From positions 1-64,000 of IMG/VR virus record IMGVR_UViG_3300032285_002723: a DNA stretch of 64,000 nucleotides. The stretch is one strand, 5' to 3'. The position numbers and the translations under genes were made by a program. The notes below the pieces were generated by a model. The model was not told where the DNA came from, did no database searches, and saw only the letters and a program-made list of their open reading frames with translations. This document shows positions 54,673 to 64,000 of the stretch, one piece after another. Numbering within the stretch: the stretch's first letter is position 1; the number at the start of each line of letters is the position of its first letter. Origin of the DNA: a virus.

Positions 54673-55994
54673 TGGCAGTCGCAGTATCGGGTTTAAGATA
54701 TCAATCAGTTACCATTCAATCATTAGATGGTAAGAATAAAATTGATTTAACCAATTCAATTACATCAGTGGATTATTATGAGGATATTTTATCTCCTTGT
54801 ATAACAATGACAATGGATGTTATTAACTCATATTCTATTTTCAATAGACTTCCAATTCGTGGTGGTGAAAGTGTTTCAATGGAAATTGAAACTGCTTCTG
54901 GAACATTCTTATTGGATGGCGACAATGCAATGTATGTGTATAAAGTAAGTAATCTTGATGCACAAAATACAAATGAATCATTCACTTTACATCTTGTTTC
55001 AAGAGAAGGATTGACAAATGAAACTGCAAGATGTCAAACTGTGTATAGAGGAAATTTACAAAATACTGTAACTAAAATTCTCAAAGATGATTTGAAGACA
55101 AAAAAATTCAAATCTGAAAATATAGAACCAACATCAAATTCGTATTCTTTTATTGGAAATAACAAAAAACCATTTCATACTTTACAATGGTTGGGACCAA
55201 AAGCAGTTCCTACAACTTTTGGTGGACCAACAGGAACTTCTGGTGGTGATCAAAGTGGAATAGCAAAAGGAACTGCTGGATTTTTCTTTTATGAAAATAA
55301 AGATGGATTTAATTTTAGAAGCATTGATAGTTTGGTATCAAATACAAGAATAGCAGTATCAAGTGCAAATAAGAAAAAAGTTTATAATTATAGTTACGAT
55401 CAATTTGTAATTGAACATAATAGTTTAAACAATAACTTCAAAATTATTAATTATAATTTTGAAAAAAATATTGATTTAATGAAATCTTTAAGAGTTGGTA
55501 TGTATTCCAACAAAACTTATTTTTATGATCTTTTTAGTAATTCATTGGATGTGTATAAGTATACGCTAAAAGATCAAGTCAAAAATAAACTTGGTGCTGC
55601 TGAAAGTATTGCTGTATCTGATGAATTTGGTGATAGTATTTCTCGTATTATGGTAAAGGTTGCAGATCGTGGAGTATTAAATTCTAATGGTTCTGTGAAT
55701 GATAAGTTAAGAAGTGGTGCTGATATGGCGATGGCATATTCAAGATACAATTTATTATTCAGCCAAGCACTAAATATGAATGTGCCGTTGAATATCAATC
55801 TTAAATGTGGTGATATAATTTATGCACAGTTTCCAAAAATGGAACCTGCAAATACTGGAGAAGTAGATCCAGAACAAAGTGGATTTTATCTAATTAAAGA
55901 ATTAAGACATCATTTTGACCCTACTAATAAAATGCTTACATCTATGAGACTAGTTCGTGATAGTTACGGATTATACGGACCTAAAAACGTTTAA
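54672..55994 (+). CDS. baseplate hub protein (gp27-like)
   Basis: YYEDILSP, LPIRGGE, FFFYEN..GFNFRSID, SG.YLI..LRH. Confidence 0.65.
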   Translation: MAVAVSGLRYQSVTIQSLDGKNKIDLTNSITSVDYYEDILSPCITMTMDVINSYSIFNRLPIRGGESVSMEIETASGTFLLDGDNAMYVYKVSNLDAQNTNESFTLHLVSREGLTNETARCQTVYRGNLQNTVTKILKDDLKTKKFKSENIEPTSNSYSFIGNNKKPFHTLQWLGPKAVPTTFGGPTGTSGGDQSGIAKGTAGFFFYENKDGFNFRSIDSLVSNTRIAVSSANKKKVYNYSYDQFVIEHNSLNNNFKIINYNFEKNIDLMKSLRVGMYSNKTYFYDLFSNSLDVYKYTLKDQVKNKLGAAESIAVSDEFGDSISRIMVKVADRGVLNSNGSVNDKLRSGADMAMAYSRYNLLFSQALNMNVPLNINLKCGDIIYAQFPKMEPANTGEVDPEQSGFYLIKELRHHFDPTNKMLTSMRLVRDSYGLYGPKNV

Positions 55995-55996
55995 AT

Positions 55997-56206
55997 ATGG
56001 AACTACAAGAATTAATTAACGACATATGTGAAGAATTAGAAAATTCTTCAATGAATAGTCAGAGAAGAAGATACTTACAAAATTATTTGCAAGAAATTTT
56101 AGAATATCAAAAAAATAATCCACATAATAAAGAAGTTCCAACTTCATTGGAATTGTTTTGCGATTTAAACCCAAACGCATTGGAGTGTAGAATTTACGAT
56201 GATTGA
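55997..56206 (+). CDS. cp12: CP12 Calvin-cycle inhibitor
   Basis: C-terminal PTSLELFCDLNPNALECRIYDD motif. Confidence 0.85.
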   Translation: MELQELINDICEELENSSMNSQRRRYLQNYLQEILEYQKNNPHNKEVPTSLELFCDLNPNALECRIYDD

Positions 56207-58442
56207 AGAGTCTTTATTAAAATCCAATTATATCGGTAAAGATGGATTTAATTGGTGGATTGGTCAAGTTGCACATTCAAATTATTGGAAAAAGGCAGCA
56301 GATTATTTCAATGGCGATTGGAATTATCGTTGCAAAGTAAGAATTATTGGATATCATCCTTTTTCTGGATCAGTTTTAAGTGATAATGATTTGCCTTGGG
56401 CACAGGTGATGATAGATCCTGCTTTTGGTAGTGGACAAGGTGGAACAGGAAAAACATTAGATCTAAAAGGTGGAGAAACTTGTTTTGGTTTTTTTATGGA
56501 TGGTGATGACGCACAACAACCAGTAGTTATTGGTCTTCTTCATAGAAGTGATGGAGTTAAGAATTTAATTAGTGAGGAGAATGTACAAGCAGATTTAAGT
56601 TCAGGATTTAAACCATTTACTGGACATCCTGGAAATAAAGTTAAGGCAACACAATTAGAAGCAAGGAAAAGTAAAGAAATAGATCAAACAAATCCAACAG
56701 CATCCACAACACAAGAAACACCTCCAATACCTCTTTCTTTTTCTAATGCGGCAAATCTTAATTTGGGTGTAGGTGCTGGAATTACAAATGCTAATGTTTC
56801 TTGGGATAGTGCAAAAGGATATACATCAGGGATAAAAGGATTTAATCTTAACTTAAATTTGGCAGGAGATAGATTAGTTTGTCAAGCACAATCAACTTAT
56901 GGTATAGAAAAAAAATGTGATAGAACTTATATTAGTGCAAATGGTTGTCAAAATAATTTAATCGGACAAATCACACAAGGACTTCAAGATTTTATTGCAT
57001 TTACAAATGGATTAGATAAGTATTTGAGCACTTATATTGATCCAGTATTAAATGAAATTGTAGATATTGGTCAATCAATTGCGAATTGTGCTAGACAAAT
57101 TGGTGGAATTATAAAATTAATTATTAATAATTTAAGAAATACAATTTTTAAATGTATTGTTTGGGCATTTAGAAAACTTGTAGGATTGGTTGTTCCTCCT
57201 CCACAACAGACAATTGTTTTGGAAGCGATGAAAAAAATATTGGATAGTATTTTTTGTATTTTAGAAAAACTTCCTGCGGGAATTATTGATTATACCAAAG
57301 GTCTTCTTGGTGATTTAGCAGCAAATAATATCAATTCACCAGTTTGTGCTGTGGAGCAATGGACTGCTGGAATTTTAGCAAAAGTAATGGATAGTATGGA
57401 AAGCTCACTTTCTACTATTATGTCTGGAATTGGTTGGTTGACTGGTGGACTTTCAACTGTTTCTGGAATTTTAAATCAAGCAAGTTCATTGGCGTCACAA
57501 ATTTTTAGTTTTCTTGAATGCACTGGTCTTGCTTGTAAAACTCCAAGTGTATGGGCATCTAAATTTGGTCCAAGTGAAAAAGAAGCAGACGATTGGCAAA
57601 AAATGGTTGGTAGTGTGAATGTATTTAAAGGTGTAAGTGATGGGTTAGGTTCATTGGAAGAAGCAATGTATCAAACACCACTTTATGGTGGAATAACTGG
57701 AGAATTTAATAGTATATTTGATCAATGTAATCAAAAAGTTCAAAATCCAACAAATCAAGAAGACATCGTTCCATTACCAGTAGGATCAAAATATTCAACT
57801 TGTGTTCCACCAATTGTTAGAATTTTTGGAGATGGTATGGGTGCGAGAGCAATACCAATTGTAGATTCTACTGGATCTATTTTTTCAGTAGAAATTATTG
57901 ACGGTGGATTTGGATATACAAGTCCCCCAACAATTTCCATTGTTGATAACAGTGGTTGTGGTTCTGGAGCACAAGCACAAAGTATTATTGATCAAGATGC
58001 TGGTAATATTACATCAATTTATATGACTAGTGTTGGGTTTGGATATGCACCTGGAAATTATACAAATATTGGTATTGACACCGCAGGAATTGGAACCAAT
58101 AGAAATATTTCAAATACTGGAAAAGTTTCTGGTTGTATTCAAAATATAATTGTGACTGCACCTGGATATGGTTATACAACAGGAGACCGAATAACTGATG
58201 GGACAAATACTTATGTTCCTATAGTAACTCCTGGTTCTGGTGCAATTATAGGAATTGAACCATTAAGAACTCCAGTTTGCGGATTTGATAAGGCACCAAC
58301 ATTAACTATAAATACCAGATCAGGAGTTGCTGCAGATCTTGTTCCAATTATGAAATTTACTCCAACATATACTACAGTTGATCAAAATAAAGTAAATCAA
58401 GCAGCAATTTCAGGTATTACATCAGTGGTGGATTGTATATGA
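56199..58442 (+). CDS. gp5: baseplate hub / spike protein
   Basis: GKDGFNWWIGQV, KVRIIGYH, DLPWA, GFFMDGDDAQQPVVIG OB-fold; G.GY repeats. Confidence 0.8.
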   Translation: MIEESLLKSNYIGKDGFNWWIGQVAHSNYWKKAADYFNGDWNYRCKVRIIGYHPFSGSVLSDNDLPWAQVMIDPAFGSGQGGTGKTLDLKGGETCFGFFMDGDDAQQPVVIGLLHRSDGVKNLISEENVQADLSSGFKPFTGHPGNKVKATQLEARKSKEIDQTNPTASTTQETPPIPLSFSNAANLNLGVGAGITNANVSWDSAKGYTSGIKGFNLNLNLAGDRLVCQAQSTYGIEKKCDRTYISANGCQNNLIGQITQGLQDFIAFTNGLDKYLSTYIDPVLNEIVDIGQSIANCARQIGGIIKLIINNLRNTIFKCIVWAFRKLVGLVVPPPQQTIVLEAMKKILDSIFCILEKLPAGIIDYTKGLLGDLAANNINSPVCAVEQWTAGILAKVMDSMESSLSTIMSGIGWLTGGLSTVSGILNQASSLASQIFSFLECTGLACKTPSVWASKFGPSEKEADDWQKMVGSVNVFKGVSDGLGSLEEAMYQTPLYGGITGEFNSIFDQCNQKVQNPTNQEDIVPLPVGSKYSTCVPPIVRIFGDGMGARAIPIVDSTGSIFSVEIIDGGFGYTSPPTISIVDNSGCGSGAQAQSIIDQDAGNITSIYMTSVGFGYAPGNYTNIGIDTAGIGTNRNISNTGKVSGCIQNIIVTAPGYGYTTGDRITDGTNTYVPIVTPGSGAIIGIEPLRTPVCGFDKAPTLTINTRSGVAADLVPIMKFTPTYTTVDQNKVNQAAISGITSVVDCI

Positions 58443-59008
58443 GTAATTGTAACGAAAATCAACAAGTAACACAAACCGATTGGTATAGGTTTGAAGCTGG
58501 AACTAAAAGTTTTCAAAACGGTGATATAGAGTTGGGATTGTCAACCCCAACCAAACAAGGAATTAATATGTATAAAAATGGAAATTGTGATTTTGCCATT
58601 AATGGAACACTAAAGGAAGTATCTGGATTTAATGTTAAGTCAGGTGTTCACGCAAGAATCATTGAAGCAGTAAATGGAGATATTCACATTAAAGCAAAGA
58701 ATGGAACTATAACTCTTGAAGCGGCAAATATTCGTCTTGTTGGTGTTGATGGAACGGGTGGTGAAGTAACAATACAAGCATCAAAAACAGTTCATATGGA
58801 TGCTCCTACAGTATCAACACAAGGAACAAATGTAACAATAGCAGGAGCTCAAAGTGCTAGTTTTGCTGGAAGCACTGCAGAAGTTACGGGTAGCGCACAA
58901 ACCACCATAAGTTCTGGGGCAGAATCGGATAGTTCTTCTTTAATGGGACAAATCCTAACTGCAATCAAAAAATTTAAGAAATTCTTTAGTTCTATTTGTT
59001 CTGATTAA
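58439..59008 (+). CDS. gp5 C-terminal-like beta-helix spike protein
   Basis: Repeated short beta strands (GDIHIKAKNGTITLEAANI). Confidence 0.55.
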   Translation: MSNCNENQQVTQTDWYRFEAGTKSFQNGDIELGLSTPTKQGINMYKNGNCDFAINGTLKEVSGFNVKSGVHARIIEAVNGDIHIKAKNGTITLEAANIRLVGVDGTGGEVTIQASKTVHMDAPTVSTQGTNVTIAGAQSASFAGSTAEVTGSAQTTISSGAESDSSSLMGQILTAIKKFKKFFSSICSD

Positions 59009-59010
59009 TT

Positions 59011-59817
59011 ATGGCAGATCTCACTATTGCGAATGTTGGTGAAAAACTTATAGTCGGGCAACTTGACACATCATTTATAACGGCTGGAGCAAAACTACTT
59101 CCAGGAACTGCTGTTTTAAATGGACCAGTTTTTATTGGACTTACTCCACAAGCAGGTATTGCTCGTGCAACTTGTATGATTGCTCCCGCAATTCCTGTTC
59201 CTGGACTTACTATTCCAGCATCACTTGAAGTTGATGGCATTTCTAATTTTCTTGGTGCTACAAATCAATCAGGGGCATATACTTGCACTGGTGCATCGGT
59301 ATTCAATGGAGCAAATGTTGCAAATGGAACTGTTGTTGTAAACTCACCTACAACAATTAACGGGGCATTTGTAGTCAATGGAGCAACACAGATTAATGGA
59401 TTTTTGAGTTTTACAAGTTCAATTGTTGGAGTAACAAAATCATTTGACATCAAACATCCAACTAAAGAAGGGTATAGATTAAAATACGGTTGTATTGAAG
59501 GTCCAGAATATGGAGTATATTATAGAGGAAGATTAAAGAAATCAAATGTCATTGAACTTCCAAGTTATTGGATTGGATTAATAAATCCAGAAACTATTAC
59601 AGTAAATTTAACTTCACATACTGTTTATCAAGAACTTTTTATTAAAGACATCAATTCCAACAAAATTTTTATAACTAATAATTCTGGAGGAACAATTGAT
59701 TGTAGTTACGTTGTTTATGCAGAAAGATCTGATGTAAATAAATTAATAGTAGAATATGAAAGTGATGCAATGAAAGAAAATGATACAGTAAAACAACAAC
59801 TTGAAGAAGACCTATAA
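59011..59817 (+). CDS. spike/fibre protein with C-terminal chaperone-like domain
   Basis: KSFDIKHPTK...LKYGCIEGPE.GVYYRG...LP.YW. Confidence 0.6.
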   Translation: MADLTIANVGEKLIVGQLDTSFITAGAKLLPGTAVLNGPVFIGLTPQAGIARATCMIAPAIPVPGLTIPASLEVDGISNFLGATNQSGAYTCTGASVFNGANVANGTVVVNSPTTINGAFVVNGATQINGFLSFTSSIVGVTKSFDIKHPTKEGYRLKYGCIEGPEYGVYYRGRLKKSNVIELPSYWIGLINPETITVNLTSHTVYQELFIKDINSNKIFITNNSGGTIDCSYVVYAERSDVNKLIVEYESDAMKENDTVKQQLEEDL

Positions 59818-60839
59818 TGACAAAACAAAATATTATAAACAATTATAATTCAAAAATAAATTTATCAAAAAACCAATTACCCTCATTGGATAGTTATATA
59901 ATTTCTTCGCAGTCTACAATTAATGAACTCAAATCTCCAGTTTCGCAAATAGATGAAAAAATTGCGGAATTGACAGTAGATTTAAATAAAGAAATTTACA
60001 ATCTTTCTATAATTTCAAATGAAGCATTTGATTGTGGATGTGGAACTACAACATTTATTATAGATTATTTGGGAGTTGGATATACTGCAATTTTGGGGGA
60101 TATGTATTATTATGAACACGCAAAAGCACATCGTATAAATGCTGAAAATCCTTCATATTCGGACATATATCCATATGAACCTTTGAATGGAACTGATGGA
60201 TCAACATCATTCAATTCTGGAATAGGTAATAGTACTATTGTTGTAGGTGCAGATTCTAATTCTATTTTGGAATTAATTGTAAACAATCCAGGTTCTGGTT
60301 TTCTGTCTTCCATATATTATGCACAACCTTTAACAGGGGGATCTGGTTCTGGTGCAAAAGCAGATATTGTAGTTTCTACTGGTGGAAGTATCACAAATGT
60401 AATTGTCAATAACGGTGGTAATGGATATTCTGTCAATGATACTTTAACTTCCTCCAATTTTGTTGGTGCATCATTTAAAGTTACTGATATTGGTTCTCCA
60501 ATTCTTGGAATAGGTGAAGACACTTATATTGTAGCAAGTTCTGGTATTGGTAGTGTCTTTATACCTGATATAATCCCAGAAAATTCTAGTTCCTGTCCAA
60601 CTTCTTGTTCTACATATAAAAATCAAGCAGATGTTATTATATCAAAGATTGAAAGAATTAGAAATCAAAGAGATGAAATACTTTCTGGATCCAATGCAAT
60701 TAAAGTTGAAATGAAGCATTTGTATACGGAAAGGTATAGTTATGTTTTTGGAAAAAATAAAGTATTAGAAAGAAACGCAGAATTAAATAATCTCATAAAT
60801 GTTTTAAATACTCCAGAATACAATCAATATTTTGTATGA
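59817..60839 (+). CDS. virion structural protein
   Basis: NPGSGF..TGGSGSGA...GGNGY repeat; coiled-coil ends. Confidence 0.55.
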   Translation: MTKQNIINNYNSKINLSKNQLPSLDSYIISSQSTINELKSPVSQIDEKIAELTVDLNKEIYNLSIISNEAFDCGCGTTTFIIDYLGVGYTAILGDMYYYEHAKAHRINAENPSYSDIYPYEPLNGTDGSTSFNSGIGNSTIVVGADSNSILELIVNNPGSGFLSSIYYAQPLTGGSGSGAKADIVVSTGGSITNVIVNNGGNGYSVNDTLTSSNFVGASFKVTDIGSPILGIGEDTYIVASSGIGSVFIPDIIPENSSSCPTSCSTYKNQADVIISKIERIRNQRDEILSGSNAIKVEMKHLYTERYSYVFGKNKVLERNAELNNLINVLNTPEYNQYFV

Positions 60840-61285
60840 GCACTCTTTTAATAGACAATAGAACTGGAATAACTACAACGACTGAATTGTTTGGAGATTT
60901 TTTAAATTTATATTTGAGAGAAAATCCAGAAATAACAGTGATAGGAATTTCTTCTGCATCTTCTACTCAATATTATCAATCAAATACACAAGTTATTCTT
61001 TCTACTACCAATTTAACTACTATTGAAAGATCTCCTATTGATTTGTATCGTTCTATAAAATCACAAGTTCAAATATCTCAAGGATCATTATATCAAGCAT
61101 CAGATATAATGATTATTCACAATGACATTAATTCAAGTATTATAGAACAGGCATCCACAGCAACTAGTAATTATCTTGCAGATTTTTCAACTACAATTCA
61201 AGAAAATAATGCGGTTCTTCAAGTGAAATTGGTAAATCCAGGGAATGCTTCAATTAAAATTTTTAGTCTCAAGTATCCAGTTTAA
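60836..61285 (+). CDS. virion structural protein
   Basis: 149 aa; YRS.K..VQI.QG..YQ motif of cyanomyovirus fibre-associated proteins. Confidence 0.5.
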   Translation: MSTLLIDNRTGITTTTELFGDFLNLYLRENPEITVIGISSASSTQYYQSNTQVILSTTNLTTIERSPIDLYRSIKSQVQISQGSLYQASDIMIIHNDINSSIIEQASTATSNYLADFSTTIQENNAVLQVKLVNPGNASIKIFSLKYPV

Positions 61286-61331
61286 AAAGTGGCACAAGAC
61301 CTTGAATTCTGCCGTCTTTCTGTGGTAGAAT
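61277..61331 (+). promoter_or_regulatory. cyanomyovirus-type early promoter
   Basis: CCAGTT..AAAGTGGCACA box, then TTGAAT-18nt-TAGAAT with TG extension. Confidence 0.55.
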
Positions 61332-61356
61332 AAAGAGGTCTCAAACCATACATACA

Positions 61357-61530
61357 ATGCAAATCACCCGAGAAAAACTGACAGATCTCCGACAACTTCA
61401 AGAAGATATGGCATCACATTTTGTCAATGAGAACTTTCCTGTTAGTGGTGAAACATATTGGACTTGTGTGGAATGCCTTGCAACTGCGAAACTTGCTGAA
61501 CTTCGTGGTGAATTGGTTTATGGAGATTGA
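61357..61530 (+). CDS. small early hypothetical protein (57 aa)
   Basis: MQITREKLTDLRQLQEDMASHF...SGETYWTCVECLATAKLAELRGELVYGD*. Confidence 0.6.
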   Translation: MQITREKLTDLRQLQEDMASHFVNENFPVSGETYWTCVECLATAKLAELRGELVYGD

Positions 61531-61555
61531 CAGGGTGGTTGGGATCTGATATACT
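61527..61555 (+). promoter_or_regulatory. sigma70 promoter for tRNA-Leu
   Basis: TTGACA-17nt-TATACT with TGn extension. Confidence 0.7.
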
Positions 61556-61605
61556 ATTAAGGTGTGAAGGAAGATGCGCTGGAAAGGAGAAATCCTTTCC
61601 GCCTT

Positions 61606-61689
61606 GGGCGTGTGGTGAAATTGGTATCCACAACAAACTTAAAATTTGTCGGCCGTAAGGCCATGCGAGTTCAAGTCTCGCCATGCCCA
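61606..61689 (+). tRNA. tRNA-Leu(TAA)
   Basis: GGGCGTG/CATGCCC, ACAAA-CT TAA AA-TTTGT, V-arm GGCC-GTAA-GGCC, T-loop TTCAAGT. Confidence 0.92.
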
Positions 61690-61721
61690 TTAAAATAAAT
61701 ATAAGTTATTAAAATAATCAA

Positions 61722-62006
61722 ATGCCTTATAAAATCAGTCAAGCGTTCTGCTGGTATAATAAAGGCAGTATGATTGTCAAAATGTACTTTATAAATGAAA
61801 TTCCATTTACATTTGATGAGTTGCCCGATGGGCATTTATATGATAAAGAGTTAGTAGCAAAAGCAGATCAATATTTAAGATATGAACCAGAAGATTTGTA
61901 TAGAAATTCTTTTTATTTGATAGATGAGGAGTGTCATCCTTGCCTATTTGAGGTTGATTTAGAGAACCCAGAGGATATGCCACAAGATGATGGGTCAGTA
62001 GATTAA
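61722..62006 (+). CDS. conserved cyanophage hypothetical protein
   Basis: 94 aa, IVKMYFINEIPFTFDEL; ATAAATA upstream. Confidence 0.65.
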   Translation: MPYKISQAFCWYNKGSMIVKMYFINEIPFTFDELPDGHLYDKELVAKADQYLRYEPEDLYRNSFYLIDEECHPCLFEVDLENPEDMPQDDGSVD

Positions 62007-62045
62007 CTGTCTAAATAAGACAGAAGAAATTATTGTGCGGATAAA

Positions 62046-64000
62046 ATGCCTCTATCTAGGTTAGAAAATTTTCTCGTAAATACTGATGGTAATATCTTAT
62101 ATGTCAATCCATCCGATTTAGATGCTACTGATAGTTTTGATAATAAAGGAAATTCACTTACTCGTCCATTTGTAACCATTCAAAGGGCATTAATAGAGGC
62201 TGCTAGATTTGCTTATCAGAGTGGTCCAAACAATGATAGATTTGACAAAACAACTATTCTTTTATATCCAGGAACCCACTATATTGATAATAGACCTGGA
62301 TACTATGTGAAATCTAGTGCTGGAACTGCACAATACTATGATGCAAATCAAACAGTAGTTTCAGTTCCAGACATTGAACTAACTAATTCTTCTAATTTTG
62401 ATCTTACAAGTTCTAGTAATGTTCTTTATAAGTTTAATTCGGTAGAAGGTGGTGTAATAATTCCAAAAGGAACTTCTATTGTTGGTTTAGATTTAAGAAA
62501 GACAAAAGTAAAACCATTATATGTTCCCGATCCAGAAAATAATTTGGTAGAAAGATCTGCTATTTTTAGAGTTACTGGTGGTTGTTATTTCTGGCAATTT
62601 AGCGTTTTTGATGCAGATAGAGTAGTATATTATAATTACAATTCACAACAGGCATCGCCAACTTATTCACACCATAAACTGACAGTATTTGAATATGCAG
62701 ATGGTGTAAATCTAAAGAATTTAACTGGAACATCTGATCTTCAGATGTATTATTATAAGTTGATGAATGCTTATGGTGCTAATACTGGAAATAGAGAAAT
62801 TATTGATTATCCAGGATCTACTGATTTTGAACCAAATAGTCCAGAATTTAAAATTGTTGGTGATCTAACTTCTGGTGATACTAGAATCCGAGAGTTAAAT
62901 TCAAGTTCAACAGTAGCATCCGTAACAACTGTCTCTGTTCACGGATTGAGTGTTGATGATTCTATTCGTATTGCTGGTGTTAGTTCATCACTTTATAATG
63001 GTAGTTTCAAAGTAGTTGGTGTTACCAGTGAAACAAAATTCACATATCAATTACCATCAGCAGCAATTGACACTGTAGTTACAATTTCAAGTAATGAAAG
63101 AGTTATCATTGAACCAGATAATGTAAATGGAGCATCTCCATATATCTTTAACTGTTCATTAAGATCTGCATATGGAATGTGTGGTCTTCACGCAGACGGA
63201 TCAAAGGCAACTGGATTTAAATCTATGGTTGTTGCACAATTTACTGGAATTGGATTACAAAAAGATGATAATGCTTTTGTAATCTATAATGAGTCTACAG
63301 GTCTTTATGATACAAATGCAACCACTCTTTTGGCAAATAGACCTTTACACGTCAATCAGGAAGCAATTTACAAACCAACATACGAAAATTATCACATCAA
63401 AGCATCAAATGATGCATTTATTCAGGATGTTTCTGTTTTTGCAATTGGATTTGCTCAACACTTTTTAGCAGAAGATGGTGCTGATCAATCAATTACCAAC
63501 TCAAACTCCAACTTTGGTTCTAAATCATTAATTTCAAAAGGATTTAGAAAAGAATCTTTTGATCGTGATGATACTGGATATGTAACTCATATTGTTCCAC
63601 CAAAAGATCTTCAAGAAGATTCATTCAATGCTCTTTGGAGATCGCTTGATGTTGGACTTACCACATCATATACTGGTGTTGGACAAACATCTAGACTTTA
63701 TATTTTAGGTGAAACGGATATTAATAATCCACCATCAAATATCACTAATGGATATAGAGTTGGTTCTAATATTGATGAAAAACTTTATGTTACTGTAAAT
63801 ATTAATGGAGTAGATTATACTTATTCTTCTCCAATTTTAATGCAAGTTCCTACTGGAGAAGGTCCAGTATCACAAAAAACATTTACTGTAACTCAAACAT
63901 TAGGTGTCAATAATATTACCAATTCTATATTAACTTTAAATGCAACTCATAATTTTTACAATGGCGAAACAGTAAGAGTATTCAGTGATAATGCAATTGT
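62046..64000 (+). CDS. very large virion structural/fibre protein, 5' part (runs off window)
   Basis: MPLSRLENFL...DATDS.DN.GNSLTRPF.TIQRALIEAARF...SMVVAQFTG; CTAAATA late box; not in ORF track. Confidence 0.8.
   Translation, partial: MPLSRLENFLVNTDGNILYVNPSDLDATDSFDNKGNSLTRPFVTIQRALIEAARFAYQSGPNNDRFDKTTILLYPGTHYIDNRPGYYVKSSAGTAQYYDANQTVVSVPDIELTNSSNFDLTSSSNVLYKFNSVEGGVIIPKGTSIVGLDLRKTKVKPLYVPDPENNLVERSAIFRVTGGCYFWQFSVFDADRVVYYNYNSQQASPTYSHHKLTVFEYADGVNLKNLTGTSDLQMYYYKLMNAYGANTGNREIIDYPGSTDFEPNSPEFKIVGDLTSGDTRIRELNSSSTVASVTTVSVHGLSVDDSIRIAGVSSSLYNGSFKVVGVTSETKFTYQLPSAAIDTVVTISSNERVIIEPDNVNGASPYIFNCSLRSAYGMCGLHADGSKATGFKSMVVAQFTGIGLQKDDNAFVIYNESTGLYDTNATTLLANRPLHVNQEAIYKPTYENYHIKASNDAFIQDVSVFAIGFAQHFLAEDGADQSITNSNSNFGSKSLISKGFRKESFDRDDTGYVTHIVPPKDLQEDSFNALWRSLDVGLTTSYTGVGQTSRLYILGETDINNPPSNITNGYRVGSNIDEKLYVTVNINGVDYTYSSPILMQVPTGEGPVSQKTFTVTQTLGVNNITNSILTLNATHNFYNGETVRVFSDNAI

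Noticed and set aside
61442-61690. 82-aa minus-strand ORF
   Set aside because: It is the antisense reading of tRNA-Leu and its promoter.

Overview
This is a 64-kb segment of a T4-like cyanophage (cyanomyovirus) genome. It is AT-rich and almost entirely coded on the + strand, with T4-type late promoters (TATAAATA/NATAAATA) and sigma70-like early promoters. In order, it contains: (1) the end of a fibre gene and virion genes; (2) primase gp61, nrdA and nrdB; (3) two Glu-punctuated late proteins, one carrying a HAD phosphatase domain; (4) an inverted GIY-YIG endonuclease facing a truncated paralog; (5) a secreted lysozyme-like gene, tRNA-Gly and dps; (6) an early-promoter unit made of a Phd/YefM-like gene, an atypical tRNA(UAU), a tRNA(CAU) and tandem pseudoknot RNAs split by a GIY-YIG gene; (7) a ~12-kb nucleotide-sugar/glycosyltransferase island, an SLH-porin and two hli genes; (8) a C39 peptidase and a GH24 lysozyme; (9) fibre and LamG genes; (10) psbA interrupted by a 202-nt group I intron and followed by an F-CphI-like homing endonuclease; (11) speD, nrdC, thyX, phoH, gp33, another GIY-YIG gene, gp59 and gp32; (12) the baseplate module (gp53, gp48, gp4, gp26, gp51, tape-measure-like genes, cp12, gp5), tRNA-Leu and the start of a very large virion gene. 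The best candidate novelties are a -1 slippery site (T TTT TTC) that could fuse gp26 to gp51 like the lambda G/GT tail chaperones, the antitoxin/odd-tRNA/pseudoknot early unit, and putative head-packaged polyproteins. All calls come from reading motifs by eye; no searches were run.
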